This document shows, in pieces, positions 50,644-61,413 of a DNA stretch of 64,000 nt (positions are counted from its first letter, which is position 1; every line of letters starts with the position of its first letter). Position numbers and translations under genes: made by a program. Below the pieces are notes generated by a model. It was given only the letters and a program-made list of their open reading frames with translations. It did not search any database and was not told the origin of the DNA. The DNA is from Bdellovibrionales bacterium (lineage in GTDB: Bacteria; Bdellovibrionota; Bdellovibrionia; Bdellovibrionales; CAYMLA01): positions 96,001 through 160,000 of the forward strand of contig OZ244239.1 in NCBI GenBank assembly GCA_965217115.1, written 5' to 3'.

Positions 50644-52506
50644 CTATGGCTGACCTCGCCATACAATTTTTTCTGGCTTCTGAGTATAGGGCATATCCTT
50701 GTTATTTGAATTAAGAAGCTTTATGTGTGTATTAGCCCAGCGGGTGAGCGCTTGAGCTTCAGTCTTATTTACAGGGGCACTCATTCCAAGCTGTTTAAAG
50801 TCCCTGAGGGGAACTGATGTTCGAATATCACGGAAACAGGATTTTCTATACTTGTTTTTGTAGGGATCAATGTCCTCACATGATAATGTTTTGTCTTGCT
50901 GCTTGCAGGGTTCGGAAATCTCAGACTCTGCGCAGTGGAAACCACTTTTACGCCAGACTTTTAGTTTCAGAGAGACATCATTGCTTCCATGTTTGATGGC
51001 CCAAGTGGAATCAAAGAAAGTATCACCCTTTCTAAGAGAAATAGACGAAAAGACATCTGCTATATCCATTTCCTGTATATTGTTATCTATAAGCGTAGGA
51101 CTGTGGGATAGAATAAAACTTCTATAGACCGATGAAAGTAAGCTTCGGGAATAATTAATGGACTGCCCACAGTGAGAGCCTTGCTTTAACTTTATAGCTT
51201 GTATGTAAGGACTAGGAGATACGCTGAGGGTGTCCTCTAACTTACTCATGTTGTCTTTATAAAGAACGATAGGATCATCTATTGATCCTATCACAAGTGT
51301 TGGGACTTTATTGAAAAGGTGATAATTTAAGTAATTATTAGCTCTCCAAAATTTCTCGTCACTGTTAATCATAGTTCCGGAAAAAGGCGGAAGGCTCCAT
51401 TCAGGACCCTTCGTTTTATAATAATGGAGAGCCGCTTTGGCTATGGTACTGGAGATTTTTTTTGAGTTAATTCTATCAGGATTTGGAATCAATTCTCTGA
51501 GTATAGGAATAAAAGGATAGGCGTTCTTGAGAACCTTTTTTGTTAGATGATAGAAGACATTACGGCGATATTTCGTATGAAAAGATGTATTGAAGGTTTG
51601 TTTTAGGTCCACGACTGGGCATATAGCAGTAATACTGTTAATCTTTGGATATTTTGACAATCGATGGGAGCTGTAAATACCAGAAAAAAGAGCGCCGTGA
51701 GAGCCGAGACTGGCTGCAAAGATATGGAAACTAGAAACTCTTCTAGAGAGAGCTGAGTTATTATTGATGAGCTTAGCTGTACGCAATAATTGCATGCCTT
51801 CATCAAATCCGCCTAGAGCCATAGCGTGATTATCACGATGGGAGTGACCACCTGTACTGTTCCCTAAAAGTAATACGTTAAATGGAGATTCGTCAAAAAG
51901 ATGCATGAGATACATTCTACCTACATGACTATCATCTGAGTTACAGAAGATACCACATCGTATGATAACCATCGGTCGGGGAGACAAATCCTTTTTTAAA
52001 GCTAAGAAACCCCTCATAATGAAGCCGTCTTCTAAGGTGAGCTTCACTGGTTTTATACGTGGATGATTCTTAAAATTATAATGTACGTTTACAGTTTTAT
52101 ACAGAGTTATCAATTTATGATGGGGAAGTTGAAATAATTTTGAATGGCATCTGTTGAAGAATTCTTTAATAACCCTGTTAGTAGGTATGTCCCTATTCTT
52201 CACAATGGCATTTTCGAGTGCGTCAGATGAACATTGAGGGGAATCTCTCCAAATTGAGTTACCATTAAAGATGATCGACCCTTTCTTAGCTGGTTGAGGG
52301 TCCCAAGGCTCAATTTTTTCTAAGAGAAATTTATTAAGAACGCTTTTTATGACATCCTCTCTGGTGTCTGTGCTATCGATTTCCCCATCCAATACTTCTA
52401 ATTGTCTTGTGCTTATATTTTCAAAAGGATCTCTCTCAAGAGACCATGCAGAGAAGCATGATAATAAGACCATAATAAAAGAGATTAATATCGTTGATTT
52501 GATCAA
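50644..52506 (-). CDS. Secreted alpha/beta-hydrolase-fold protein
   Basis: Signal peptide, AASLG nucleophile elbow, DDP Asp, GSHC His. Confidence 0.6.
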   Translation of the reverse strand: MIKSTILISFIMVLLSCFSAWSLERDPFENISTRQLEVLDGEIDSTDTREDVIKSVLNKFLLEKIEPWDPQPAKKGSIIFNGNSIWRDSPQCSSDALENAIVKNRDIPTNRVIKEFFNRCHSKLFQLPHHKLITLYKTVNVHYNFKNHPRIKPVKLTLEDGFIMRGFLALKKDLSPRPMVIIRCGIFCNSDDSHVGRMYLMHLFDESPFNVLLLGNSTGGHSHRDNHAMALGGFDEGMQLLRTAKLINNNSALSRRVSSFHIFAASLGSHGALFSGIYSSHRLSKYPKINSITAICPVVDLKQTFNTSFHTKYRRNVFYHLTKKVLKNAYPFIPILRELIPNPDRINSKKISSTIAKAALHYYKTKGPEWSLPPFSGTMINSDEKFWRANNYLNYHLFNKVPTLVIGSIDDPIVLYKDNMSKLEDTLSVSPSPYIQAIKLKQGSHCGQSINYSRSLLSSVYRSFILSHSPTLIDNNIQEMDIADVFSSISLRKGDTFFDSTWAIKHGSNDVSLKLKVWRKSGFHCAESEISEPCKQQDKTLSCEDIDPYKNKYRKSCFRDIRTSVPLRDFKQLGMSAPVNKTEAQALTRWANTHIKLLNSNNKDMPYTQKPEKIVWRGQP

Positions 52507-52661
52507 ATATTCCTCCTGATTAAGGCAACATTGTAGAATGTGTGAAATGACTCCGCAATGTAGCTGTTTAAAATCCTAAATAACTCTATGAAGAATTTCA
52601 CTCGAGTCTAGGAGGAAATCTGGGGAAATACATGACGCTGCGCTGTATTTTCCCTAGTAAA

Positions 52662-53861
52662 TCAGCGTTTGATCCCCTTAGGGTCTATAGCATCCTGCAG
52701 ACCATCTCCTAGAAAGTTAAAGCTAATAACCAGAATCAATATAAGCACCCCTGGGATAATAGCCAAATGCGGGGCTTGATGGATAAGCTCTTGGGAATTG
52801 GTCAGCATATTTCCCCAACTAGGTGTGGGTGGTTGAATCCCTAGGCCAAGGAAACTTAAGGCTGCTTCGGCCAAAATAGATTCACCGATATTAAGAGTGA
52901 CAGCAACAAGTAGAGGAGCGATCACGTTGGGAATTATGTGATGTAGAATAATAACTCTATCCTTAGCGCCAAGGGTCTTAGCTGCGAGAATAAACTCACG
53001 TTCTCGTAGGGATAAGATGCTGCCTCTAACAAGTCGTGCAACGACCATCCATGAAAATGCACAGAGAATAAAAACAAGCTTAACAATGCTTTGATTTTCC
53101 CCACCAATCAGAGCATTGAGAAAGGGGACCTTGTTTAAATCAATGGCTGCAAGGACAATAAAAACAGGAATAGTTGGTAGGGCTAAAAGAGCATCTGTGA
53201 TCCTCATGAGTAAAATATCAATCACTCCACCATAGAAACCAGCGATGCTTCCAATAATAAGACCAATAAATGCAGCGGCAAAAGCGACAAGAAGTCCAAC
53301 AGTGATCGAGACTCGCGTGGCATAGATAAGGCGAATAAGAATATCTCTGCCGAGTTCGTCAGTTCCTAAGATATGAAAAGTTGTAAACCCCTTAATAAGA
53401 GCAGAGAATTCTCTAGCAGCTGGGGTGTTGAGTTTCTCTAAATAGCTCAGCGCTTTCCTACTTGTGACGTTCTGTCCAAGATCATAGAGAACATCTATAG
53501 ACTCTTCATTGGCCTCTAAAGGTATGGAGACCCTTGATGAGATGAGCTCCTGTGCCAGGATATTGGCAAGTTCTTCATTTTGTTCAATGAATCCTTCAAT
53601 GGCAGCTTCTTTGGAATCATTGGAAAATTCAATGGTTGTAAGCGGTGGAGCGTAACGATGGAAAACATTCTGACGATTGGGGTCTAAATTAGTTACTTCA
53701 GAGATGGCTGGAGCTAACAGGGCAACAATAACGAAAGAGAGAATAAGAACTAAGCCAATAACAGCGAGGCGATGTTCAAAAAATTGTGCGAGAACAATTT
53801 TCCACATGGGCTTTGCTGCGTCTATTTTATTGATATTTTGATCAGACATATTTAAGTGCAC
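52662..53861 (-). CDS. oppC: Peptide ABC transporter permease
   Basis: LGTDELGRD, EFILAAKTLG, LSFLGLG..PPTPSWG. Confidence 0.9.
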   Translation of the reverse strand: MHLNMSDQNINKIDAAKPMWKIVLAQFFEHRLAVIGLVLILSFVIVALLAPAISEVTNLDPNRQNVFHRYAPPLTTIEFSNDSKEAAIEGFIEQNEELANILAQELISSRVSIPLEANEESIDVLYDLGQNVTSRKALSYLEKLNTPAAREFSALIKGFTTFHILGTDELGRDILIRLIYATRVSITVGLLVAFAAAFIGLIIGSIAGFYGGVIDILLMRITDALLALPTIPVFIVLAAIDLNKVPFLNALIGGENQSIVKLVFILCAFSWMVVARLVRGSILSLREREFILAAKTLGAKDRVIILHHIIPNVIAPLLVAVTLNIGESILAEAALSFLGLGIQPPTPSWGNMLTNSQELIHQAPHLAIIPGVLILILVISFNFLGDGLQDAIDPKGIKR

Positions 53862-54830
53862 CTATTTGTAAGTAATTCGAGGGTCAGCGAAGCCATAGAG
53901 TATATCAGCAATGAGATTCATAAATAAAACCATGACAATGGAGATCATAAAAGAAACCATGGCCATGTTAAAATCACTGGCTATCACCGAATCAAAAACT
54001 AATTTTCCTACACCCTGATAGGCAAAAACAGTTTCAGTCAAGATAGCTCCTGAAAAGATAGAAGAGACACTCAGTGCCACAACAGTGATCAACGGCAGAA
54101 GAGCATTACGGAAGCCGTGTTGTGTAACTACGACCCAGTAGTCTAAGCCTTTGGAGAAAGCGGTACGAATGTAATCATTTCTCATGGCCTCCTGCATAGA
54201 ACTTCTTGTGAAACGAACATAACGTCCAATCTGCAATGTGGCTAAAGAGATTGTCGGCAAAATAAGATATTTAAGACGATCAATCAAGGTTTCCCAATCG
54301 TTCATTTGCGTATCCACCGTATTAGTTCCACCGGCTGGAAAGAGAGGTATCCACACGGCAAAGAAAATAATAAGCATAATAGCTAGTGCAAAAGAAGGGA
54401 TAGAAATACCTGCAAATGCTCCTAAGTTAATAAGATAATCTATCTTAGAACCACTTTTTAGAGCTGAGATGATTCCTAAAGGAATTGCGACAATAAGAGA
54501 GAGGGCCAAAGCTGCAATGGAAAGAAAGAAAGTATTGATTAACCTTGGCCCAATGATTTGAGTCACGGGAACCTTATAGGTTCTTGAATAACCCAAATCT
54601 CCTTGGGCTACATCTGAAATCCAATGCCAATAACGAACATAGGATGGCTGGTCTAAGCCATAGAGTTTTTTAAGACGGGCAATATCTTCTGTTGTGATTT
54701 TAGGGTTAGCGCTAATCATAATATCTACGGGGTCACCTGGCATCAATGTCATCAGATAGAAGACAAAATAAGACAGAATAAGAGTCACAACCAGTGTTTG
54801 TAAGAGACGCCTGATAATAAACGTAGACAT
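53862..54830 (-). CDS. oppB: Peptide ABC transporter permease
   Basis: PGDP, GLDQP, GDLGYS, DYIRTA..KG, ETVF. Confidence 0.9.
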   Translation of the reverse strand: MSTFIIRRLLQTLVVTLILSYFVFYLMTLMPGDPVDIMISANPKITTEDIARLKKLYGLDQPSYVRYWHWISDVAQGDLGYSRTYKVPVTQIIGPRLINTFFLSIAALALSLIVAIPLGIISALKSGSKIDYLINLGAFAGISIPSFALAIMLIIFFAVWIPLFPAGGTNTVDTQMNDWETLIDRLKYLILPTISLATLQIGRYVRFTRSSMQEAMRNDYIRTAFSKGLDYWVVVTQHGFRNALLPLITVVALSVSSIFSGAILTETVFAYQGVGKLVFDSVIASDFNMAMVSFMISIVMVLFMNLIADILYGFADPRITYK

Positions 54831-54864
54831 AAATCAATACTCCCTAGTTATTCTTTATTCACGA

Positions 54865-56556
54865 TTAATTTAAAGTCCATTCCTCAACATGGTTAGTTGA
54901 TGAAAACTGATGCCCTGGTAACTTGTAATTTATTAAATTAGTCGGTGTTACTGAGACGTCAGATCGGTAGTAAAGAGGAATCACAGGAACTTCGTTTGTG
55001 TAATAATAAAGAATTTTATGCACGAGCTTGGTTCTCTTTGCTCCATCAAATTCCACATCTAAGTCATCAATGAGCTTATCGACGTTTTTATTCACCCAGC
55101 CAGGATAATTCTGTCCAGAGAAGCCATTGGATTTCCTAGAGATGCTTTTACTGTGCATATTAGAACGGGGATTATTCTCAGGAGAGCTAATCCAGGCGTA
55201 CATGGCCATAGCAGAAAATTTTCTTTTACGAGTGGTTTCACCAAAGTAGACACGAGCAGGTTGGTTTTTAATCTCTATATCAATACCAATGCTCTTCCAC
55301 TGATTTTGTAGGAAAGCTTCAACCAATTCGCGAACTTTATTACCAGCAGTGGTCATTAGGGTGAACTTTAATTTCTTCCCGTTTTTATACAGAAAGCCAT
55401 CCTTGTTTTTCTTCCAACCAGAGGCTTTAAGAAGTTTCTTTGCTTTGCGACGGCTGTATTTGTAGATAACAATCTTATCAGGATTATCTGTGTACCACGG
55501 GTCCATGGGCGCTACGTTATGGAGGGCTGGTTTTTGTCTGGCATCGAAGAGAGCTCTGGTTAGCTCTTTGCGATTAATAGCATAGACAAGTGCTTTGCGA
55601 ACATTGATGTCTTTTAATAATTCATTATCTAGATTAAGATCGATATGCTCATAAACTAAACTGTCTTTAAAATTAACATCGTATGGCAGTGAAGTGCCCT
55701 TTACTTTTTTCTCAAAGGCAAGGGCCTGATCAAAGCTCAGTCCAAGTACAGAGATCATATCTATCGTACCAGAACGAAGGTTTGCCTCCAAGGTGCTCGT
55801 GTTAGGGATCAATTTTAAAATAATTTTCTGTATTTTAGGTTTCTCACCATAAAAGTGCTTATTAGGCACAACGGTGACATGGCTTCCTAATTTGATTTCC
55901 TTAATGCGATAGGGACCGTTGTACAAGCCTGGATTAGTAGGATTCTTAGAGTAATTTGAATTTTTCTCATAGCCTTCTTTTTGATGGCCGTATTTATCAA
56001 AAGGGGCTTTCTCTAAATGCATGGGTAGAATATAGAAGGTTGCAATCCTATTAAAGTCCCATTTCGCTTTTTCATAGGAGAAGGTGCACTTCTTGGGGTT
56101 ATTAGAAGGCCATGTGATTTTTTCGATTTGGGAATACACTTCTTTCTCACCAATGGAGACATTGGAGCTTAGAGCCACTTTCCATGAGAACTTAATGTCA
56201 GCACAGGTGACATCTTTACCATCCCCCCATTTAGCGTCGGAGCGTATCTCCCAAAGAGCAGATATTTTTTTGTTTGGACTCTTACCGATAAATTTAGCTC
56301 GACCGTTTTTAAAAGTAGGAATGACCGTGGTTAGGTGAGGAGTCCATTCACCATTTTCATTGAGAGTGAGAAGGTTGCGTCCAACTATTTTGTATATGTA
56401 AGAAGTCGCTAGCATGGACATAATCAAAGGATTGAGATTTTCAAATTCTTGTGTCATTCCAATCTTAAGCACCTTGTTCGTTGGAGCAGAAAAAGAAGAG
56501 GGCAAGAAATTTAAGAAGACTGCTATTGTCATAAAAACTTGTAGAATACCTTTCAT
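54865..56556 (-). CDS. oppA: Peptide ABC transporter substrate-binding protein, family 5
   Basis: KWGDG..VT..D, GPYRI, VRKAL..AINR, PVIPLY. Confidence 0.88.
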   Translation of the reverse strand: MKGILQVFMTIAVFLNFLPSSFSAPTNKVLKIGMTQEFENLNPLIMSMLATSYIYKIVGRNLLTLNENGEWTPHLTTVIPTFKNGRAKFIGKSPNKKISALWEIRSDAKWGDGKDVTCADIKFSWKVALSSNVSIGEKEVYSQIEKITWPSNNPKKCTFSYEKAKWDFNRIATFYILPMHLEKAPFDKYGHQKEGYEKNSNYSKNPTNPGLYNGPYRIKEIKLGSHVTVVPNKHFYGEKPKIQKIILKLIPNTSTLEANLRSGTIDMISVLGLSFDQALAFEKKVKGTSLPYDVNFKDSLVYEHIDLNLDNELLKDINVRKALVYAINRKELTRALFDARQKPALHNVAPMDPWYTDNPDKIVIYKYSRRKAKKLLKASGWKKNKDGFLYKNGKKLKFTLMTTAGNKVRELVEAFLQNQWKSIGIDIEIKNQPARVYFGETTRKRKFSAMAMYAWISSPENNPRSNMHSKSISRKSNGFSGQNYPGWVNKNVDKLIDDLDVEFDGAKRTKLVHKILYYYTNEVPVIPLYYRSDVSVTPTNLINYKLPGHQFSSTNHVEEWTLN

Positions 56557-57539
56557 TTTAAAACTCCTTTATTTTGCCAGCACGCAACTTGGTGCTTTTG
56601 ATTATTTATAAGACCCATTAAAGGGGGTGCCTCTTTAGTGCATTGATCGGTTGTGTGTGGGCACCTAGGATGGAAGGCGCAACCGGAGGGAGGATTTATT
56701 GGACTGGGAACTTCTCCAGAGAGTGATTTCTTAATCTGCTTCTTGCCTTCTCCCACCTTTGGAATAGCGTTTAACAGAGCTTGGGTGTAGGGATGTTGGG
56801 GATTCTCAAAGAGTTCCTTTTTGTTAGAGACTTCAACGATTTTTCCCAAATACATCACAGCGATACGATCACAGATATGTTCGACGACGGAGAGATCATG
56901 GGAGATAAAAATGTAAGTTAAATCAAGTTTCTCCTGTAAGTCCATCATAAGATTAAGTATTTGTGCTTGAATAGAGACATCCAGGGCGCTGACGGGTTCA
57001 TCGGCAATGACCAGTTCTGGCTGCAGAGCAATCGTGCGAGCAATACTGATTCGCTGACGTTGTCCCCCTGAAAATTCATGGGGGTAGCGATTAAGTTGAG
57101 AGGGGTTTAAACCAACTTCTTGCAAAAGAGATTCTATTTTTTCGACTCGTTCAGAGTTTTTTAGAGAATAGTGAACTTTGTAGGGTTCCGAAAGAATCTG
57201 TGCAATGGTCATTCGTGGATCTAAAGAGGCAAACGGATCTTGAAAAATCATTTGTATCTCTCTGCGCTTTTCTCTAAGAGAGCGGCCTTTAAGATTGAGG
57301 AAATTCTCATTCTTAAAAGTGATCTTTCCTGCTGTTGGTTCGTAGAGGCGGATCAGCGTGCGGCCAAAAGTGGACTTGCCACAGCCACTTTCACCGACGA
57401 GGCCAAGGGTCTCTCCTTTATGAACAGTCAGAGATACACCATCAACAGCCTTAACATGAGCGACTGTCTTTGATAAGAGGCCTCTCTTAATAGGAAAGTG
57501 CTTTTTTATATTCTCTGCATGTAGAACGACTTGCTTCAT
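56553..57539 (-). CDS. oppF: Peptide ABC transporter ATPase
   Basis: GESGCGKST, FSGGQRQR, DEPVSALD, HPYT, C-terminal Cys cluster. Confidence 0.92.
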   Translation of the reverse strand: MKQVVLHAENIKKHFPIKRGLLSKTVAHVKAVDGVSLTVHKGETLGLVGESGCGKSTFGRTLIRLYEPTAGKITFKNENFLNLKGRSLREKRREIQMIFQDPFASLDPRMTIAQILSEPYKVHYSLKNSERVEKIESLLQEVGLNPSQLNRYPHEFSGGQRQRISIARTIALQPELVIADEPVSALDVSIQAQILNLMMDLQEKLDLTYIFISHDLSVVEHICDRIAVMYLGKIVEVSNKKELFENPQHPYTQALLNAIPKVGEGKKQIKKSLSGEVPSPINPPSGCAFHPRCPHTTDQCTKEAPPLMGLINNQKHQVACWQNKGVLK

Positions 57540-57554
57540 TGTATTAGTATCCTA

Positions 57555-58520
57555 TTAACCGTATTGATTGTGGCAAGCGACAGAGTGTTGAAGTGATATC
57601 TTCTCCATGGCCGGTAATTGGAGACATTCTTCGCTGACCCGTTCACAACGATTTTGAAAGGCGCACCCCTGGGGAAGCTCAAAAGGAGAGGGGACACTTC
57701 CTTCTATTGTTGGTAGACGTGTCAGCTTACGACCAATTTGTGGAATAGAATTAATAAGAGCTCTGGTATACGGGTGCCTGGGATTAGAGAAGAGTTCATC
57801 TGTGGGTACAATTTCACAGGGACGTCCTGCGTACATAACTATCACGCGATCAGAAACTTCTGAAATAACACCAAGGTCATGGGTGATAAATTGCACGGTC
57901 ATATTAAGTTTTTTTTGTAATGCTTGAATAATTTCAAGAATCTGGGCTTGAATTGTAACATCTAGAGCCGTTGTTGGTTCATCGGCAATAAGAAAATCAG
58001 GTTTACAACTGAGGGCCATGGCAATCATGGCTCTCTGTCTCATACCACCACTGAGTTGATGGGGGTAAGAGTGGTAACGTTCTTCTGGGGCAGGAATACC
58101 GACCATGTCGAGCATCTCGACAGCTCTTTTCTTAGACTCCTCTTGGTTAACCTCCATATGTTTCATGATCTGTTCATCCATTTGATGACCAACGGTGAGA
58201 ACGGGGTTAAGAGCAGTCATGGGTTCTTGAAAGATCATGGCTATTTTATGTCCTCGGAGTTTTTGCATCTGCTTTTCACTAGTTTGGACAAGATCCTGTC
58301 CCTGGAAAATAATTTTACCTTGAGAGATGTGACCAGGTTTTTCAAGCAAGCCCATAATAGAGTAGGAAGTGACTGATTTTCCGCAGCCACTTTCACCAAC
58401 AATACCCAGGGTCTCCCCCCTGTAAATATCATAGGATAAATCATTAACAGCCTTAACGGGTCCTCGTTTTGTTGGAAAGGTTGTGATGAGATTTTGAACT
58501 GAAAGTAAAACTTCTGGCAC
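57555..58520 (-). CDS. oppD: Peptide ABC transporter ATPase
   Basis: GESGCGKS, LSGGMRQR, DEPTTALD. GTG 58520 with a GAGG RBS preferred. Confidence 0.92.
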   Translation of the reverse strand: MPEVLLSVQNLITTFPTKRGPVKAVNDLSYDIYRGETLGIVGESGCGKSVTSYSIMGLLEKPGHISQGKIIFQGQDLVQTSEKQMQKLRGHKIAMIFQEPMTALNPVLTVGHQMDEQIMKHMEVNQEESKKRAVEMLDMVGIPAPEERYHSYPHQLSGGMRQRAMIAMALSCKPDFLIADEPTTALDVTIQAQILEIIQALQKKLNMTVQFITHDLGVISEVSDRVIVMYAGRPCEIVPTDELFSNPRHPYTRALINSIPQIGRKLTRLPTIEGSVPSPFELPQGCAFQNRCERVSEECLQLPAMEKISLQHSVACHNQYG

Positions 58521-58764
58521 CAAATAACCTCTAGTAAAAACAACAAGATAGCCTACAGGACTATGCCACAAGCTCCCTGTGGGGGAAAGAAAAAACGGGG
58601 GGATTTTTTTTTAGACAGTGATTAACACAAAGCGCAATGGTTGAGTTCAGAGCGAAGCCAACACCGGCATCTTAAACTACTTCTCTATTCTTTAGCCCGC
58701 GTATCCCTTTGGTTGCACCCCTTCTCTGCGGGCAACCCATCAAGCCAAATCTGCTATTTATTTC

Positions 58765-59784
58765 TCAGCCCAGAGGTTTTTGTGAAAGAAAGGAGAGAAG
58801 CTTTTGTCCAGCGTCGGCAAGAGCTTGGCCGATGATTTTAGAGAGCTTGTCGCCAAGGTTCTTCTCAGGGCTGTATTTAATAGAATAGATGTTACAATCT
58901 TGGCTTTTTCCGAGAAGATAGTCATCACTGGTTTGTATTTTATCGACGAGCTTAAGATCGAGGGCTTGGCTACCGTACCAGTACTCCCCAGTGGAAATTT
59001 TTTGAATATCAGTCTTGGGTCTGAGGCGATGAACATGGGTCTTAAAAAGTTGATGTGTCTCTTCTAACTGTTCAATAAATTTTTTACGACCTTCTTCAGT
59101 GTTTTCTCCAAGCATGGTCATGGTGCGCTTGTATTCTCCTGCAGTGAGAATCTCTACATCGACGTGGTTTTTCTTTAGAAGCTTGTGGATATTAGGGATC
59201 TGCGCAACAACTCCAACGCTGCCAACAATGGCAAAAGGAGCACTGAGAATCTGTTCAGCCACACACGCCATCATATAACCTCCGCTGGCGGCAATTTTAT
59301 CGACACAGGCAGTGATTGGGATATTCTTTTCTCGCAGACGTTCTAACTGTGAGGCTGCTAAACCGTAGCCATGGACAACTCCACCAGGGCTCTCTATGTT
59401 TACAACCACCTCATCTTGTGGAGAGGCAACGGTGAGAATAGCAGTGATCTCTTCCCGGAGGGAGTCTGTAGCTGAAGCTTTCATATCTCCCTCAAAATCA
59501 AGAACAAAAACTCTGGGTTTCTCTGATTGTGAGGACTTCTTTTTCTTCCCATCTTTTTTCTGTTTTTTCTTCTCTGTTTTTTGCTCTTTTTTAGTGAGCA
59601 ACTTATTTTTCATGGCCTTCTTAATAGAGTTTAATTTTTCATTGAGATGATCAATTTTTAAGTCAGCTTTTTGTTTGTTCTTGGCAATAAGAGAGAAGAA
59701 AAAGCCCATAATTATGAGAATAGCAATAACGATGAGGATAACTTGAGCCGAAAACATGCCGAGTTGTTGTAACCATTGAATCAT
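58765..59784 (-). CDS. sohB: S49 protease SohB
   Basis: ESPGGVVHGYGLAASQL, DKIAASGGY, GSVGV, TAGEYKRT. Confidence 0.95.
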   Translation of the reverse strand: MIQWLQQLGMFSAQVILIVIAILIIMGFFFSLIAKNKQKADLKIDHLNEKLNSIKKAMKNKLLTKKEQKTEKKKQKKDGKKKKSSQSEKPRVFVLDFEGDMKASATDSLREEITAILTVASPQDEVVVNIESPGGVVHGYGLAASQLERLREKNIPITACVDKIAASGGYMMACVAEQILSAPFAIVGSVGVVAQIPNIHKLLKKNHVDVEILTAGEYKRTMTMLGENTEEGRKKFIEQLEETHQLFKTHVHRLRPKTDIQKISTGEYWYGSQALDLKLVDKIQTSDDYLLGKSQDCNIYSIKYSPEKNLGDKLSKIIGQALADAGQKLLSFLSQKPLG

Positions 59785-59941
59785 TTATCTCCACCTTTAC
59801 TGTCTGTTTGAGAAGTGTTTAGTATGGGGTTTTAACCTAAGTTCTGCTGTCTGGTCGAGTGTTTTTGGTCTAGGATTGATAATTGCTGCGGTGAATCTCT
59901 TAAAATCTAGGTTATAATACGACTAGAAGTAAATTTATTCT

Positions 59942-60457
59942 GTGAGGTCATATATTATGACAAAGAGATTTCCTTTAGTAATGATATTCCCCTTGGTGAT
60001 AGGCTTTTATGTTCAAGTCGTAGCCAAGTCTTCAGAGGCCACTCATTCAAAATGGCAAGAAGAAGTGACTAGTTTATTACATCGCTCTAATCTCAGAGTG
60101 AAGGCTTATTATAAGAAGAAGCAAGATGACTTACTTTACAACGAGAGGAGGTTACGCGGAGCTGGAAGCCTAAAAGAGAAGAGAGAGAAAGAGAATGTCA
60201 GAAGAGAGGAGGGTCGTAAAAAATATGCTTCTGAACAAGAGGGCAAGTCTTGGCAGAAACTAAAACTTGATGGGCAGAGACACTCCGATTATCTTTTATC
60301 TGTGGAAATAGAGAAAAAACGAAGGTACGCTTTGCAGGAAGAATATGCAGAGAGAAAAAAATATGTGTCCTCTACTTTAAAGGAAAGAAATAAAATTATT
60401 CCTTCTGGTGATGAATTTAATCTAAATTCCAATTGGAGTTCTAAAGCTGCTGAATGA
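59942..60457 (+). CDS. Hypothetical charged protein with an N-terminal hydrophobic segment
   Basis: 171-aa ORF filling the gap between sohB and the next gene. Confidence 0.55.
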   Translation: MRSYIMTKRFPLVMIFPLVIGFYVQVVAKSSEATHSKWQEEVTSLLHRSNLRVKAYYKKKQDDLLYNERRLRGAGSLKEKREKENVRREEGRKKYASEQEGKSWQKLKLDGQRHSDYLLSVEIEKKRRYALQEEYAERKKYVSSTLKERNKIIPSGDEFNLNSNWSSKAAE

Positions 60458-60537
60458 TGACTTCGATACCCCTATAAAATATTGAAAAGCTGTCTTATCA
60501 AGTGCATTCAACTTAAATAATTAGGGGATGATTTTAG

Positions 60538-61386
60538 TTATTTTTTTTGGTCTAATGTCTTTTTCGTAGGAGATTCATTTAAAAATTGATTGAGGCTAAG
60601 GCCTGTGAATTTCTTAATACCAGAGAACAGATGCCAGAGTATAAATATCATAGCGATAAACGAAGGTAGCATTATCACAATAATACTTTGCCACTGCATA
60701 TCAGCAATTTGTTTATTAAGTATAATCTCCCGGGCTTGCTGTTCTAAGCTAAGGTCAATATCGATGAATATTTTTCTGGCAAGATAGTAGTTAAGGACCG
60801 CACTGAGGAAAAAGGAGGCTGAAAGAAAGAAGGTGGAAAACTTCAAGTGTTCCTTGAAGTCTTCCGTCGAATTTTTCTCTTTAATCTTCTCTTGAATAAG
60901 GTCTAAATTCATTACCACTGGATTAAAGATAAGCACCTGAATAAAAGGTTTTTTCGTGTAGGCAGAAATAAATATGAAAACACCAATGAAAGAGGGAAAA
61001 GCCGCCTCTTTAACGGCAAACCAAATACCCTGAAGTCCAAGAACGACTAGGCCTCCAGTGAAGAGAATATTTAAAAAACCAAGGACTGATATGAAATTAC
61101 GCTTTTTTAGTTTAAAAAAATCGTAAAGCCCATAACCTAAAGGGAGGCTTAGAGCTATAATCAGGGCAATTAGAGGGCCCTCTGAGCCGAGGCGAGTGGA
61201 GAGTTTATCTAGAATAATAACAGGCAAAAGAATATTAATGAGGATGTTTAGAAAGACCCCCTGGGCTTTTTCAGTAGAGTCCTTCTGTGGAGCTTTTGAA
61301 AGGGTTTTTTGAGAGATTTCTGATTGTACAATATTAGGATCATCATTCATGGGCATCATGATGAGACTCGATGGAGGCGTTGTCAA
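60538..61386 (-). CDS. VC0807-like integral membrane protein
   Basis: NILLPVIIL..LS, ALSLP..YG, WFAVKEAAFP, SAVLNY.LA. Confidence 0.7.
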   Translation of the reverse strand: MTTPPSSLIMMPMNDDPNIVQSEISQKTLSKAPQKDSTEKAQGVFLNILINILLPVIILDKLSTRLGSEGPLIALIIALSLPLGYGLYDFFKLKKRNFISVLGFLNILFTGGLVVLGLQGIWFAVKEAAFPSFIGVFIFISAYTKKPFIQVLIFNPVVMNLDLIQEKIKEKNSTEDFKEHLKFSTFFLSASFFLSAVLNYYLARKIFIDIDLSLEQQAREIILNKQIADMQWQSIIVIMLPSFIAMIFILWHLFSGIKKFTGLSLNQFLNESPTKKTLDQKK

Positions 61387-61413
61387 TGGGGGGTGAATTA
61401 AATTGCTAAGATT

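Noticed and set aside
58690..58740. Riboswitch upstream of oppD (alternative stems GCCCGC/GCGGGC and GGTTGC/GCAACC)
   Set aside because: I see no match to TPP, c-di-GMP, SAM or glycine consensus by eye; an Rfam cmscan would be needed.
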